DNA of 63,539 nt, the filler included, from Mycoplasmatota bacterium (GTDB lineage: Bacteria > Bacillota_I > Bacilli_A > RF39 > UBA660), in the NCBI GenBank assembly GCA_012727915.1. It is 7 parts of 7 records of this genome, joined end to end, with 100 filler letters (N's around TTAATTAATTAA, not from the genome) between each part and the next. Parts side by side here need not be neighbours in the genome. Positions count along the whole stretch, not along the records: positions 61,670 to 63,539 come from JAAYGD010000054.1; 6 more parts are not named here. One strand, written 5' to 3'. Shown here piece after piece: positions 61,868-63,539 of the stretch. Under the pieces are notes generated by a model, which was not told the origin of the DNA, searched no databases, and saw only the letters and a program-made list of their open reading frames with translations. Within the stretch, counting starts at the first letter, position 1. Each line of letters opens with the position of its first letter. The position numbers and the translations under genes are program-made.

Positions 61868-63539
61868 ATGTCTGGTAACAAGGGATATACTTTAGTTGAA
61901 GTTCTAGCAGTATTAATATTACTTGCTATAATATTTTCAATAGCAACGCCAAGAATGTTAGATTCAATAGATGAATCTAAAAAAGCTGCATTTAAAGTAT
62001 CATCAAATTCAATTATGAACCAATTACAAAAAACATATGCAAAAGGAGAAATAGAAGTTCCATCAAGTGGAAAATTATATGTAATAGAGAATAATGCTTT
62101 TGTAGGAGAATCAATAAATATAAATGGTGTATTGCCAGATTCGGGAATTATTCATATAAGTAAAGATGGAGAAGTTGTTTTTTCTTTATATAAAGAAGAT
62201 TATTGTGCTGTAAAAGATATTGGTCAAGATACTATAACAGTAAGCAATAATTATGCTGCATGTATAATAAATATTCCACAACCAGTATCACAGGATTGCT
62301 TTTCAAGAGTTGATGATGGAGTTCAAGTAACAATAACAGACTATGATAATTCATGTCCAAAGAATGTAATAATACCAGATACATTAGATGGATTACCTGT
62401 AAGGATTATAGCACCTATGGCTTTTTATGGAAATCAATTAACTAGCGTAGTATTACCAAGTACTTTGAAAATAATAAGGCAACAATCATTTCAAGGCAAT
62501 TTATTTACAAAATTAGTAATACCAAATGGAGTTACAACAATAGAAATCTGGGCTTTTATTTATGGTAGAATTATCGATTTAGTTATTGCAGATAGTGTAA
62601 CAAATATAGGTTTTAGAGCTTTTGAAAATAATAATATAAAAACTATTAAATTCTCAAGTAATTTAAGTGAAATTAGAGAAGAAGTATTTGCACATAACGA
62701 TATTGAAAACTTGATAATACCCAATAATATACAAAAAATTTCTTTTGGAGCTTTTGGATATAATCCTTTAAAAACTATCGATATTGGGTCGGGTCTTAAT
62801 GAATTTAATTATTCTTCGGGTCAGTATTCATCAAATAATGCTAATGTATTTTCTATGTCAGATGATTTGCAAATAACAATATCCCCTTTAAATCAATATT
62901 TTGTAGCTTTAAATGGAGGCATATATTCAAAAGATATGAAGGAAATAGTGTTTGGCACTCCTAGTGTTGCAAATAATATTCCAAGCCAAGTAGAAACGAT
63001 TGGAATAAGAGCTTTTTCTAACATGAATACAGAAAATTTAATTCTTTCGGGTAATATAAAAACAATTAAAAGTGAAGCTTTTTATACTAATAATATTTCA
63101 AATCTTGTTATTTCTGAAGGAACCACAGAAATAATGAACGGTGCTTTTTATGGAAATCAAATTTCAAATTTAAGTATTCCAACAAGTGTTATTAAAATTG
63201 GTACTCTTGCTTTCAATAATAACAAATTACCAGATAATCAAGCTTTTATTTATGATAGAAATCCAGATGGAAGCCAAGATGCCACAAAATTAATAGGATA
63301 CGGAGGAGCAAAAAAAAATGGAATTGTAATACCTACTAGTGTAAATACTATTAAATATGGAGCATTTTATTATTCTGGCATTTCAAGCATAACGATTCCA
63401 AATACAGTACACACAATAGAAGATATGGCATTCTATTTAAATAATTTATCAAGCATAACAATTCCAAATACAGTAACATTTATTGGACAATCTGTTTTTA
63501 GCAGGAATAATTTAACTTCTATAGTGTTACCCGAGAGTA
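61868..63539 (+). CDS. Type IV prepilin N-terminus fused to BspA-type leucine-rich repeats (runs off window; not in ORF track)
   Basis: GGAGG RBS; MSGNKG/YTLVEVLAVLILLAIIFSIATP; later LTSVVLPSTLKII, LVIPNGVTTIEIWAF, ITIPNTVHTIEDMAF repeats. Confidence 0.9.
   Translation, partial: MSGNKGYTLVEVLAVLILLAIIFSIATPRMLDSIDESKKAAFKVSSNSIMNQLQKTYAKGEIEVPSSGKLYVIENNAFVGESININGVLPDSGIIHISKDGEVVFSLYKEDYCAVKDIGQDTITVSNNYAACIINIPQPVSQDCFSRVDDGVQVTITDYDNSCPKNVIIPDTLDGLPVRIIAPMAFYGNQLTSVVLPSTLKIIRQQSFQGNLFTKLVIPNGVTTIEIWAFIYGRIIDLVIADSVTNIGFRAFENNNIKTIKFSSNLSEIREEVFAHNDIENLIIPNNIQKISFGAFGYNPLKTIDIGSGLNEFNYSSGQYSSNNANVFSMSDDLQITISPLNQYFVALNGGIYSKDMKEIVFGTPSVANNIPSQVETIGIRAFSNMNTENLILSGNIKTIKSEAFYTNNISNLVISEGTTEIMNGAFYGNQISNLSIPTSVIKIGTLAFNNNKLPDNQAFIYDRNPDGSQDATKLIGYGGAKKNGIVIPTSVNTIKYGAFYYSGISSITIPNTVHTIEDMAFYLNNLSSITIPNTVTFIGQSVFSRNNLTSIVLPES

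Overview
Very AT-rich bacterial DNA, standard genetic code. It is not one contiguous locus: six identical 100-bp spacers (N44-TTAATTAATTAA-N44) join seven contigs (1-14757, 14858-21989, 22090-27735, 27836-35302, 35403-51461, 51562-61569, 61670-63539), so this is a concatenated draft or metagenome-assembled genome. Gene content (rplU-prp-rpmA-obg, yvcK, comN-rel-dtd, rbgA, rplM-rpsI, ezrA, D-Asp-type ligase, GH25) points to a reduced, walled member of the Bacilli. An RF39-like lineage is my inference. The most striking region is a ~15.5-kb surface-fibre locus (35933-51461). It has several SipW-signal/TasA-CalY-like secreted subunits, two intact and one degenerate SipW-type signal peptidase, a DUF5305-like protein and a giant Gly-rich beta-helical adhesin. 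In the middle sit a membrane-anchored coiled-coil McrB-type AAA+ GTPase and an McrC/DUF2357-like partner with no visible nuclease domain. Other notable items are a WXG100-peptidase fusion missed by the ORF track (TGA exactly at the WXG Trp), further WXG100-like genes, a Rel with a degenerate hydrolase site, a catalytically degenerate NrdD homologue, a solo Abi_2 HEPN gene in a housekeeping-like operon, a Wzy-GT4 fusion and a type IV pilin-LRR fusion. All family calls come from motif recognition by eye; no searches were run.
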